This document shows positions 1 through 10,316 of a stretch of DNA of 19,745 nt, in pieces. Both the position numbers and the translations under genes were made by a program. Every line of letters starts with the position of its first letter. The stretch's first letter is position 1. Below the pieces are notes generated by a model. The model was not told the origin of the DNA, did no database searches, and worked only from the letters and a program-made list of their open reading frames with translations. The DNA is taken from positions 64,519,296 through 64,539,040 of the forward strand of contig NC_057719.1 of assembly GCF_004010195.1 (NCBI RefSeq), read 5' to 3'. Origin of the DNA: Chiloscyllium plagiosum. Lineage: Eukaryota.

Positions 1-856
1 GGGGTGTGGACCTGACCAGGTAGTCACGGAGGGAACGGTCTTTGCGGAAGGTGGAGAGGGGTGGGGAGGGAAATATATCCCTGGTGGTGGGGTCTGTTTG
101 GAGGTGGTGGAAATGTCGGCGGATGATTTGGTTTATGGGAAGGTTGGTAGGGTGGAAGGTGAGCACCAGGGGGGTTCTGTCCTTGTTGCGGTTGGAGGGG
201 TTGGGTCTGAGGGCGGAGGTGCGGGATGTGGACGAGATGTGTTGGAGGGCATCTTTAACCACGTGGGAAGGGAAATTGCGTTCTCTAAAGGGGGAGGCCA
301 TCTGGTGTGTTCTGTGGTGGAACTGCTCCTCCTGGGAGCAGATATGGCGGAGGCGGAGGAATTGGGAATACGGGGTGGCATTTTTGCAAGAGGTAGGGTG
401 GGAAGAGGTGTAATCCAGGTAGCTGTGGGAGTCGGTGGGTTTGTAAAAAATGTCAGTGTCAAGTCGGTCGTCATTAATGGAGATGGAGAGGTCCAGAAAG
501 GGGAGGGAGGTGTCAGAGAGGGTCCAGGTAAATTTAAGGTCAGAGTGGAATGTGTTGGTGAAGTTGATGAATTGTTCAACCTCCTCGCGGGAGCACGAGG
601 TGGCGCCAAAGCAGTCATCAATGTAGTGGAGGAAGAGGTGGGGAGTGGTGCCGGTGTAATTACGGAAATCAACTGTTCTACGCAGCCAACAAAGAGACAG
701 GCATAGCTGGGGCCCATACGTGTGCCCATAGCTACCCCTTTGGTCTGGAGGAAGTGGGAGGATTCGACGGAGAAATTGTTAAGGGTGAGGACCAGTTCGG
801 CCAAACATATGAGAGTGTCGGTGGAAGGGTACTGTTGGGGACGTCTGGAGAGGAAG
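1..856 (-). mobile_element. Penelope-like element (PLE) reverse transcriptase region, 5'-truncated, one frameshift; continues off the left edge
   Basis: Minus strand reads LVLTLNNFS...QTKGVAMGTRMGPSYACLFVG. After a 1-nt frameshift near 665-672 it reads LFLHYIDDCFGA (YIDD at 614-625)...LPFLDLSISI...DIFYKPTDSHSYLDYTSSHP...PYSQFLRLRHICS, open to the window edge. These are typical PLE RT and thumb motifs. Confidence 0.93.
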
Positions 857-967
857 GCTCTCTGCCTTTATTCCTGATGAAGGGCTTTTGCCTGAAACGT
901 CGATTTCGCTGCTCCTTGGATGCTGCCTGAACTGCTGTGCTCTTCCAGCACCACTAATCCAGATTCT
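855..967 (+). mobile_element. Inverted, tail-less PLE terminal repeat (pLTR) segment fused to the 5'-truncation point
   Basis: Closely matches the reverse complement of 12724-12835 (the pLTR of another copy). Orientation is opposite to the adjacent RT, and it stops at ccactaatccagattct without the ...ccagcatctgcag tail. Confidence 0.9.
868..908 (+). ncRNA. Minimal type I hammerhead ribozyme motif, core intact
   Basis: CUGAUGA (874-880), extra A, stem II GGGC-UUUU-GCCU (882-893), GAAA (894-897), CGUC. Predicted cleavage after C901. Confidence 0.8.
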
Positions 968-1149
968 AAACTAAGTAATGAGGTCAACAAATTAAATATA
1001 AACATATGTGCTATATTAAAGCATGAGATAAGACAGGCAATTAGTAACAAGAAATGAGGGTTCAAAAATGGCAGGCGTGGGCAGAAAAGCAACTAGGAAT
1101 GCATAAATAATCAAGACTGAATGTTATGAAGACAATGGAAAATCAAAAA

Positions 1150-1756
1150 TAAATGCTTTCATAAATGATAGCTTGCATTGAAATAGATAAATGTGATCTC
1201 ATGGAGATATGGTTCCAGGATGATAAGGTCAATAATGTCTTAGATTAGATTAGATTGCAGCGTGGAAACAGGTCCTTCGGCCCAACAAGTCCACACCGTC
1301 CCGCCGAAGCGCAACCCACCCATACCCCTACATTTACCCCTTACCTCACACTATGGGCAATTTAGTATGGCCAATTCACCTGACCTGCACATCTTTGGAA
1401 TGTGGGAGGAAACCGAAGCACCCGCGGGAAACCCACGCAGACACGGGGAGAACGTGCAAACTCCACACAGTCAGTCGCCTGAGGCGGGAATTGAACCCGG
1501 GTCTCTGGCGCTGTGAGGCAGCAGTGCTAACCACTGTGCCACCGTGCCGCCCATAATATTGAGGGATGTATGCCATTGAAGAAAAATAGAAGCTTGGTGA
1601 AAGGAAGGTTTGCACTGTTAATTAGAGATGGTATTTGTGCATTAGTTTGAGACCTTGATTATGGATATTAGGATGTAGAATTGGTTTGAGAGGAGATGAA
1701 GTATAGTAGAAGAAAGAAGTCACCGTTGAGAGTGGTCTATAGGACCTCTAAATGTA
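1150..1756 (+). mobile_element. Decayed CR1 LINE endonuclease-domain fragment, interrupted by a SINE
   Basis: Remnant peptides EIWFQDD / NIEGCMPLKKNRSL / FALLIRDGI / MKYSRRKKSPLRVVYRTS resemble the APE endonuclease motifs ETW, GGGVALLI and GVVYRPP. Many disruptions; boundaries approximate. Confidence 0.65.
1241..1552 (-). mobile_element. Full-length tRNA-derived SINE of the HE1/V-SINE type
   Basis: Minus strand begins GGGCGGCACGGTGGCACAGTGGTTAGC (A box), has B box GGTTCAATTCC, V-domain TGTGTGGAGTTTGCACGTTCTCCCCGTGTCTGCGTGGGTTTCC, a CR1-like tail GGGCCGAAGGACCTGTTTCC, and ends in (AATCT)n. Confidence 0.92.
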
Positions 1757-2548
1757 GGACATTTGTTTTGATTGGTTCTGGTTTGGATGTTGAACTGTTC
1801 CAAGCCAGTTGTAGATGTGCTTTCCAGGGTGTGTACTTTCCTGGATACTATCCCCCTGGCGGACCTCATTACAATCATTACACTCCTAATTCACATGTGT
1901 GTATGTGAATTACCAGTAACAAAAGATAAAATCAAAGACTCCGTTGATGCAATTTGATTCTATTATCATTCAAACGACCGGGATGCATTATTTTGAGACC
2001 CTTTTGCTGACTCAAGTCCACATACCGGCAGCAACTACGATGGCTCGCCAGCCTGAATCCTGAAGAAAATCTTAAGTATTTAGCCGAGGCTTGGTTTTGT
2101 TTTAGGGTTTTGCTGTGCACTGACCTAGAGTCCCTCTGTTCAGGATATGCCCTGAGTGAGACTATGCAGTTGTCCTCGCACAAGTGGTGTTCCTCAAGTT
2201 CAGTCGCACTGATGACGGTATCCACTTCAATTGACATACCCTGTAATCCACATTTTCTATTGGCGAAGCCAGTTGTAGTGCTTGTTTGAAGCCCATTTGA
2301 GCTTCAGCTAATAGGCGTATTTGCATGGCTACATCATTAATTCCACATACCAAACAGTCTCTCAGTATCTCACTAAGATTTCAACCAAAGTCACATGCCT
2401 CTGCCAATCATCTTAATCTCATCAAAAATCCCGACATGGATTCCCCTGGGTCTCAAACTGCTGAGAAAAACCCATAGCATCACAGAATTAGAGACAGCTT
2501 GGGATCATAATATTCCTTAACTAAATCTGTCAAATTTTGAAAGGTTTT
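1757..2548 (-). mobile_element. Decayed Gypsy/Ty3 LTR retrotransposon gag and gag-protease linker
   Basis: Minus-strand remnant KTFQNLTDLVKEYYDPK...PGESMSGFLMRLR*LAEACDFG*...LRDCLVCGINDVAMQIRLLAEAQMGFKQALQLA (gag-like). It resumes at 1757-1850 as VSRKVHTLES...SKPEPIKTNV. Several stops and frameshifts. Confidence 0.8.
1855..1995. repeat. Direct repeat copy A (~140 bp) of 4207-4346
   Basis: About 88% identity by manual alignment, including a 48-bp identical core aaaatcaaagactcc...attcaaac. Confidence 0.95.
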
Positions 2549-4120
2549 TTTTCCTTTCTTTTTTTTCTATTTTTTTCTTTTTTTTAATTTAACCCCCACA
2601 CTACCACCTAAGTGCGATAGTGCTTATTTTTTCCCCAGCACCCATGGTGTGTGTGTGCAGGTGTGAGACAAAAGAAAGACACAAAGTGCACAAATCTTTA
2701 TTCAGTTTCCACCACCACGAAGATAGGAAAACAGCCGGGTGGCCAGTGACAAGCAGTGCCCTTCACATCAGAGGGCAGTGCTGTGTGATCAAAACAGTGA
2801 AGGGGAGGGTAGGGACTAAATCAAAATAGAGTTGGAGGGGGAAATAATGCACTCCACTCCCTGCGGCGCCCACCTCTCCCTGAACAACTCCAGGGTGTTG
2901 GTGGACACCGCGTGCTCCTTCTCCAAGGACACCCGGGCCCTAACGTAACCGCGGAAGAGGGGCAGGCAGTCGGCCCTAACGACCCCCTCCACGGCCCGCT
3001 GCCTCAACCTGTTGATGGCCAGTTTGGCCAGGCCCAGGAGCAAACCCACAAGGAGGTCTTCAGACCTGCCCTTCCTCCTCCGTACCGGGTGCCCGAAGAT
3101 CAGGAGCGTGGGACTGAAGTGCAACCAAAAGCAGAGGAGGAGGTTTTTCAGAAAATCAAAAAGGGAGTGCAAACGCCCACACCCAATATACACGTGGTCC
3201 ACGGACTCCACAGCGCCACAGAACAAGCAGTTGGGCTGGGAGTCCGTGAACCACCGCAATCTGCGGTTGCAGGGGACCGCTGCATGCAGCCCCCTCCACC
3301 CCAGATCCCCGAGAGAAAGGGGGAGGACTCCCACATAGAGAGCCCTCCACTGGGGATCCCCACTGCCCGGTGGCAAATGGGAACCCCAAGGCGTGTCCGG
3401 ACGGTGGATGAGGGAGAAGAGGTGGATGCTGTGCAGCAGCAGTCTATATAAGGCCCGCCTTTTTACCCCCGGAAGGGAACAAAATTAAAATTCCGGAGGC
3501 GGCTCAGGTTGTGGGGCACAGGCTCCCGCGGGAAGTACGGGACCTTGGGGCCAATGTGAAATTCCGTCCGGGCTGAGGTGAGCGCGGATGGGATCTCACC
3601 GCATACCTGAGCGTCCTCCAACTAGTGCACTACGTCGGGTCCGAGCACCGCTGTTTTAAGGTGTCGGATGCCAGTGGCCACGTACTGGATGTCTACCGCT
3701 GCCCTGCTCGCTATGTCCTGTGGCAGCATCCAGCCCAGGCCCCCGGCACCCAGCACGTCCCCGACCCTGGTCACCCTCGCCGCCACGGCCCTCCCCTCCG
3801 AGAGCCACTCGAACCCGCGAGTACGGAGGTGCGGATTCCTGAGCAACGGCTCCCTGACGACAGCCGCTACTCCAGCCGGAGGGTAGGCACGACGCGATTC
3901 AACCATGTTCCAGACAGTGATCAGGTCCTGGTAAAAGGCAGACAGCGTCTTGAGAGCGACCTCCAAACCGTCATGGTCGACGAACAGGAGCTGCGTGTCG
4001 TAGTTGAGGCTACGCACCTGGCGGACAAAATACGTCGCCAGGGCGCACCACCTAGGAGGAGGCTCGACTTAAAGGTATCGCTGCAAGGTCTGAAGGTGGA
4101 ACGTCGCGACTTGGGTGCGA
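2545..4120 (-). mobile_element. 5'-truncated Tx1-type (L1 clade) non-LTR retrotransposon: ORF2 C-terminus, 3'UTR and A-rich tail
   Basis: ORF2 remnant RTQVATFHLQTLQRYL*...DLGWRGLHAAVPCN...CLFCGAVESVDHVYIGC (CCHC zinc knuckle)...LLGLAKLAI...FRERWA, natural stop at 2816. Premature stops at 4069-4071 and 3622-3624, and a frameshift in the G-run near 3466-3470. T-rich tail on + strand at 2545-2586. High GC and CpG retention suggest a relatively young insertion. Confidence 0.92.
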
Positions 4121-4234
4121 CACTCCTGTTTATATCTGTCAGCCAGGGCTCCCTATTGAACTAGGTTAACAGTCCCAATTGGGGAACTCATATTCTAAAA
4201 GGTTAACCTGGCTGACCTCATTACAATCATTGCA
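4118..4234 (-). mobile_element. Partial 5' LTR of the Gypsy element (first ~115 nt)
   Basis: Minus strand starts TGCAATGATTGTAATGAGGTCAGCCAGG (TG start) and contains a TATA-like ATATAAA. It lies upstream of gag in the same orientation and is cut by the Tx1 5' end. Family assignment is by recognition. Confidence 0.6.
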
Positions 4235-4346
4235 CTCCTAATTCATTTGTTTGTATGACTGTACCAGTAACAACAGAGAAAATCAAAGACTCCGTTGATG
4301 CAATTTGATTCTATTATCATTCAAACAATTGGGATGCATTGTTTTG
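4207..4346. repeat. Direct repeat copy B (~140 bp) of 1855-1995
   Basis: Same alignment as copy A. Spans the putative LTR terminus (4234) plus ~110 bp of flank. Confidence 0.95.
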
Positions 4347-4619
4347 GTTTTTAATCTATTTTGTCCTTCTCATCCTGGATACTTCCTTTGTTTTATTGGA
4401 GATGATCCTCATAAATGAGACCATAGCTTCTCATATCCTTCAGATCAGTTTCACTGGCCTAGGTTATGGTCTCTCACCAGATAAACAAACTGCACATCTT
4501 TCTTTAAATTGCCTTTGTTAAATGCATCAAAACTGTACCACTACCTGAAAATAAATACTTAGCATATAAACACTGTGGAGATCGGAGGATAAGAATTTTG
4601 CAACAAGTAACTCAGCCCC

Positions 4620-5470
4620 ACTCTCCCCAAAATCTACCTATACTCTACAAAACACAAGTCAGGAGTGTGATGGAATACTCCCCACTCGCCTGGATGGGTG
4701 CAGCTCCAACAACACTCAAGAAGCTTGACATCTAGGACCAAGCAGCTCATTAGTTTGACCCTCATTCGTCACCTTAAATACTCACTCCTTACACAGTTGG
4801 AGTATGGTATAGTTGTTGATTAGAATCCCTACAGTGTGGAAACAGGCCATTTAGCCCAACATGTCCACACTGATCCTCCAAAGAGTAACCCACCCAGACC
4901 CATTCCCCTACATTTAACCCTGACTAATGCACCTAACACTACAGACAATTTAGCATGGCCAATCCACCTAACCTGCACACCTTTGGACTGTGTGAGGAAA
5001 CTGGAGCACCTGAAGGAAACCCACTCAGACACAGGGAGAATGTGCAAACTCCACACAGACAGTTGCCCAAGGCTGGAATCAAACCTGGGTCCCTGGTGCT
5101 GTGGGGCAAGCAGTGCTAACCACTAATTCACTGCGTCGCTGTATGGTGTATCCACACTTTACAAGATACATTGCAGCAACTCACCAAGGTTCCTTTGGCA
5201 GAACCAAGATGCAACCTAATGCCCAGCATGAGAGCAGCAAATGCATAGAAACTACACCACCTGCAGGTTTCCCTCCAAATTGCACACTATCCTGGCTTGG
5301 GGTTATACCACCATTCCTTCACTGTTGCTGGGTCAAATTCCTGAACTCCCAGTCAAAATTTCTGTGTTTGTCCCTACACATCAAGAATTTCAGTGGTTGT
5401 TAAGGGCAATTACGGATGGCTTATAAATGCCTGTCTAACAGCAATGCGTACAAACCGTGAAAGAAAAATA
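4620..5470 (+). mobile_element. 3' portion of a CR1/L2-group LINE, split by a SINE
   Basis: Peptide remnant LYKTQVRSVMEYSPLAWMGAAPTTLKKLD...SFTVAGSNS*. Homologous to 8278-8630. Confidence 0.8.
4820..5124 (-). mobile_element. HE1/V-SINE copy, more decayed, lacking ~20 nt of the 5' end
   Basis: Colinear with 1241-1552, with CpG-type substitutions. Confidence 0.9.
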
Positions 5471-7660
5471 AGTTATACTTTTGTCATTTCTCTATCATTA
5501 CTTTGTCATTTAACCCTGTCCGCCCTGTTCCTATCCTGCCTTTTCTTTTTATCCAAGTGCCTATAAACTATCTAGGGGGGCCAGTTGGCTGATGATTAGT
5601 GTGTGCTTCAGTATAGTGTCAACAGCATGAATTTGACTCTTGTTTTGGCTGAGGTAGTTAGACAGCTGGGAGTGTAAGATGGTGACGAACCACCACTACT
5701 TAAAATATTGTCAAAAGGTAGCTTAGGATAAAGCATGTGAAGACAATGAACATTATCACAGGACCTGCCTTGGGCCCAGAATACACAACATGACAATAGA
5801 CTGAATCTTCCCATCCCCTGAATTATGTGGACATTGGTGACAAAGTTGCCAGAATTATGTGAGATTTGATAGTGAGGTGCTTCCCGCTGTTGAGAGTAAA
5901 ATGTTCTAATGTGTGACCAAGTGTTGAATGGCTAGTGAGCTGCACATGGCCTACTTGCATCCACTAACATGCACTAACATCCTCATTATCACATCATCTT
6001 GCTTCACTGACTTGCAGCTTCCCATCTCTCTCCTGCTGAATAGGAACCAGATGCCAACAGTTCCTAACATGAAAGTCAAAGCAGTAACCAGTGATTCCAG
6101 CTTACTGTTTGCGCATTTAGACCTCCATCAGTCACAGATATCTAGGGGTATACTCTCACAGTCGGCGCCTGTACATACAAAGTAGAGATGCAGGATGCCA
6201 AATACTCTCTGTCCGACATTTCCCGGAACAAATTAAAGAAATTTCAGGGCATCTACAGGCTTGCAGTGCTTGAGCAGGTGCAAGGAAGATGTTAAAGATG
6301 GCGCTGGTGCCAGGAATCGTGAGAGGTCCCAGTGGTGATCAGTATCTCTACCTGTGGCGAGTGGGAGAATGTGACTCACGATGCACATGGAGCATGGTGC
6401 ATAGATAATAAGGTGGGCTTGGGAATATAGCACAAGAAAACTCTTTTGGGTTCACAGAAAGAATCTCACTGAAACTCATAAAATTGACACTTAGATGCTT
6501 TTTGGTAAGATTTTGTACAATGCTTGTCTCTTTTATTCCTCAATAATTTAATTCTGTGGTCCTTCTTGACTCTCCTGATTCTTATTTTTGCTTAAGGTGA
6601 CCTGTTCTACAATCTTTGTCTATAACGACTACTAACACATGTTTGATAACAATTCTCATATTTTGTCCGTAGTTAAAGTTTGGACAGAAAATGTCTCTGC
6701 TTATAATTAGCCACAAATGTGTTGCACATTTTGGACAAATTCATTATGGACCTCTGATAAAATAAGAAATTATTTCTCCAATAACTTGGAGAATTCAGAA
6801 GCACAAAGCTGCATAATCCATCAACTCTTACAAAACATTCCCATTCTTTGAACAAATATTTACTCCTTTCCCAACATTACAACTGCTTCTTTTCAGAGGA
6901 GAACTGGAATTGAGTATCACATTTACTTGTTAATAGGAAATAATATTTTTCCTTGAAGCATGGATTTTCTTGCTGGGTGAGTAATGATTCTTTCATGATA
7001 ATGTCAAATCTAAAAGACTGGTGTTAGATGACCTTTAGGTTGTTCCATCATGCTGAGTCAACATGCTGTACACAGTCTCTCGAGTCAGTCGTCAGGTTGT
7101 AACGTCTTTTGTCCTCAGATACTGTGTGTAGTAACATCAGTGAAAAGGGCAGCAGCATTTTAAAAGAGATAATTTGTTCATAGTCACATACTAAAGGAGT
7201 ACATTTTGTGAAGAAATTCATTCTTTATGGTAGAGTGTAGTAAATTCTGTCTTTTCACATGTGTTCGACGAGTGTTGGATTTAATCTTGAAGCTGTGAAT
7301 TGATGAAGCCCAATATTCCTACCATGTGTACAACTGTGAAAAGATGCAGATCATCATTCTTCAGAAAATTCAGGAGATTTAGACTACTTGTGTTGCTATG
7401 GATACACAAATATCACACAGAGTTATGTGTAAAATCGTAATGCAATGGGCAGAAAGATGGATTTGGAGTAATTGGACTCAAATGTGCGCCTTCTAAGGTT
7501 AACTGATGACAGCATGATTGATCTTCTATAACAATTACATCCATTAGTGCTATGAAGCTTTTTTCATATTCACAAACTGACTTGATGTCATTCTTATCCA
7601 GGAAGATTATTTTGGTTTAAATGTTGACAACATTGCAGTTGATTTCAGATCTTCAAGCTA

Positions 7661-7880
7661 CAGGTTGTTCTGATATAATGTGCATTCCTTTAATGCGAAT
7701 TTGCTGTAATGCGATTGACGAACTGAGAACACTGTTTCTAAAGCATGAACTTTTAAAACATGTGTTGTCTATAACAGCGATTACAGTGCCAACACCTTAA
7801 GCACTGTTTCTAAAGCGTGATTTTTCTATAATGCAGCATTGCACAAGAATACAACCATTGTGATATAGAAGAACTACCTG
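7661..7880. mobile_element. Non-autonomous Tc1/mariner-type DNA transposon (MITE), 220 bp
   Basis: Flanked by TA at 7659-7660 and 7881-7882. TIRs CAGGTTGTTCTGATATAA versus reverse-complement CAGGTAGTTCTTCTATAT (14/18 match). Internal direct repeat cactgtttctaaagc at 7730-7744 and 7802-7816. Confidence 0.8.
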
Positions 7881-8277
7881 TATTATCTATTCTAGGTGCT
7901 ACCTGCTAATATTGATCATGGCATCACAAGAATTGACAACACCATTTAAACTGAGCCATAGAGCTTGGTAATTATTTTCTTATACAAAGGTGGGAGATAG
8001 ACGATAGAATTCTCCTAAAATATTTCATGCCTCCATAAAACAATTCCTGGACAACACCAAGGTTTGAGCTGACGAGGTGCAAGTTTCATTTGTGCAACAC
8101 AGTTCAAACATTGACTGCCTCCAAAATTAGATTGTTTAACCATCTCGCCTTAACATTCAATTACTGTACGTTCAATTACATTCAATTACTGTACTTCCAA
8201 TGCTGTTGCCCACAATTGCATAAACGTCATATTAAAAAAGAAAAGAACTTTTATCAAGGAGGTTTGGTGAATCATTA

Positions 8278-8630
8278 ACAAGATTTGCAACAGTAATCTA
8301 TCAAGGTTCCGTGGACAACCTGCCAAATCTGTGACCACTACTACCTAGAAGAAAAAAGCCGTCAGGTACATGGGAACACCACCACCTGTAGGTTCCCCTC
8401 CAAGTCACTCAGAATCCTGGCTTGGAAATGTATTGCTGATCTTTCAGTCTCACTGGGTTGAAACCCTGGAACTTGCTCACAAACACCATTGTGGTTGCTA
8501 CCTACACCAAGTGGACTGCAGGAGTTCAAGAAGGGAGCACATTGTCATCTTCTCAAAAGCAACTAGGGAAGAGCAATAAACGCTGGCATAGCCAGCGATG
8601 CCGAAATTATATGAATGAATTTTTTTAAAA
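8278..8630 (+). mobile_element. 3' end of the same CR1/L2-group LINE family as 4620-5470
   Basis: Colinear with 5160-5470 (caccacctgtaggttcccctccaag...tcctggcttgg...gcaactaggga...aataaacgctggc). Confidence 0.8.
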
Positions 8631-8799
8631 ACTGCAACAGGTAAAATGATATTTTTACATGTATCCAAAGCTTTCAAAGCATTCTTTTAATTGTCTCCTC
8701 AACTGCCAGATCATTCAAGTAAACTGGTCAGTCAGTGCCTAAAACAGATCATTCAGCCAATTATTGCATTGATATTTATGATGTTCACTGAACCCATAT

Positions 8800-9070
8800 C
8801 TTTTTGCCATGTTTCCAATATTACAAAGGTGACTACACTTCAAATGTACTTAATATCATAGAGTTATACAGTATGGAAACAGACCCTTTGGTCCAACTCG
8901 TCCATGTTGACCAGATATCCTAAATTAATCTATTTGCCAACACCTGGCCCATATCCCTCTAAACCCTTCCCATTTGTGTACCCATCTGTGTACCCATCCA
9001 GATGTCTTTTAATTGATTGTAAAGTGCTTATGGCATTTAGAGATGAAAAATATTTTGTAAATACATTTTT
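8800..9070 (+). mobile_element. Decayed DeuSINE-like (SacSINE1/AmnSINE1-type) 3' region, interrupted by a CR1 3' end
   Basis: ttacaaaggtgactacacttcaaatgtacttaat | tgattgtaaagtgctt...gtaaatacat resembles the Deu-SINE 3' part. Related pieces at 9465-9680, 15895-16300 and 16705-16780. Confidence 0.55.
8855..9011 (-). mobile_element. CR1 (HER1-type) 3' end fragment
   Basis: Reverse complement of about 18075-18215. Possible TTAAT duplication at 8850-8854 and 9009-9013. Internal 12-bp tandem duplication tgtgtacccatc at 8975-8998. Confidence 0.85.
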
Positions 9071-9464
9071 TTTTAAAAAAAGAATAAATTCTGTGTGGTT
9101 CTGAAGTTTTGTTTTTATCTCTCTTATTTCAATCGCAAGTTTTTTTTAATATTTTGCTGTCTGTTAGCATAATAAGTAGATTTATTGAGCCGAAGACAAC
9201 AATTTCAAAACTCATATATTAAATAGGCTTCTGGATATTAATTATTTTATCATCAGACAATTATTGAAGTTTCTCCCAAGAGATCATTCTGAGCTTCCTG
9301 CATCATTGCAGCTAAAGTATGTGATATTTACAGTAGTAGTAAGGAACTATAATACCTTCAACATGTAACAGACAGAAATCAAAATTCAACAACCTTAACT
9401 AAAAATATTGAACAAACAGCTACTCAATCAGCTCGAGAAATGTTGTTATACCTCCGTAATTGAA

Positions 9465-9680
9465 TTCACTGCACTTCAAAAGTAATTTATTGGGTGTGAA
9501 CACTACTTTAGAGAATTTTGATTGTGCATACAATGCTAGGAAAATGACTTTCATTTACATATCACTTTATATCATCCCAGGTTACACCAAGGCACAAACA
9601 ATGAAATGGTTTTGAAAAGCAATCACTGTTTTAATGTGAAAAATGTAACAGAAAAAAACATACACAGTAAGGCCATACTG
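9465..9680. mobile_element. Two decayed DeuSINE-like 3' ends arranged tail-to-tail
   Basis: cactgcacttcaaaagtaatttattgggtgtgaa on + strand; caatgaaatggttttgaaaagcaatcactgttttaatgt matches the reverse orientation. Confidence 0.4.
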
Positions 9681-10107
9681 TTATGGTCCCAGCTGATGTT
9701 AACACTGGACACGTTAAATTTCAAAGTGAAAGCTAGCTTGTTGGATCCTAGTTTTCATTTAATATGGAGGTAATTTACTGTGCACATTTATAAGAGGCTG
9801 TCAGCATACTATCATAAAAAGAATAAAGTAGTTATTACACAAGAAGAAAAAAATGAACTATGTTACCCTAAATAAAAAAGTTGGAAAAGCTTAATTACAA
9901 AAATCAATAAAAGGCTGAATTCATTCTATTCCATTTATCTGTGCAATATCCTTAAAAACATCCAAATTGCAAAGAGTCACACTATCTCCACACTAAGACT
10001 TCTCTCTTAGAACGGCATGGCTGCAACTGGTTTCTTTTTTGGTGAATTTCTGCACATTCAATACATGCTATTGTTCTTCTTTGGTGGTCAGTTAGCTCAG
10101 CTGGCTC

Positions 10108-10134
10108 AGTGAGGACTGCAGATGCTGGAGATCA
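10108..10134 (-). mobile_element. Solo PLE 3' tail (27 nt)
   Basis: agtgaggactgcagatgctggagatca matches 12123-12149 (agtggggactgcagatgctagagatca) at 25/27. Confidence 0.7.
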
Positions 10135-10254
10135 AACACACAGGTTCCCGAAACTCAGTTTCCAGCAGTTTTGTTTTGCTGGATTTCTTATTAGACTGTT
10201 TAACACTTCAGCCTTTACTCCCTTGCACACCCATGCAGCATTTCATTGAGGGTC

Positions 10255-10316
10255 ATGAGTCATAGAGGTGTACAGCACGGAAACAGGCCCTTCGGTCCAA
10301 CTTGTCCATGCTGACC
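10255..10316 (-). mobile_element. CR1 extreme 3' end (~60 bp)
   Basis: gagtcatagaggtgtacagcacggaaacaggcccttcggtccaac is the reverse complement of the tail at 18172-18225. Confidence 0.85.

Noticed and set aside
42..706. Plus-strand ORFs of 123 and 202 aa
   Set aside because: Antisense shadows of the PLE RT.
1480..1552. tRNA-like A and B boxes
   Set aside because: Head of the SINE, not a tRNA gene.
2912..4164. Several 70-180 aa plus-strand ORFs
   Set aside because: Antisense to GC-rich Tx1 ORF2, with no independent protein features.
1855..4346. Direct repeats read as paired LTRs of one element
   Set aside because: Gypsy coding remnants continue beyond copy A, and the repeat has no TG...CA ends of its own.
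5575..5710. Possible decayed tRNA-SINE head (similar hints at 10083-10150 and 18560-18720)
   Set aside because: Too diverged; promoter boxes not convincing.
5900..7650. Unassigned sequence with short ORFs; possible exons or an old transposon
   Set aside because: No recognisable motifs or convincing splice-bounded frame.
9679..9990. Possible solo LTR beginning TGTTATGGTCCC
   Set aside because: Cannot define the other end or a TSD without a database.
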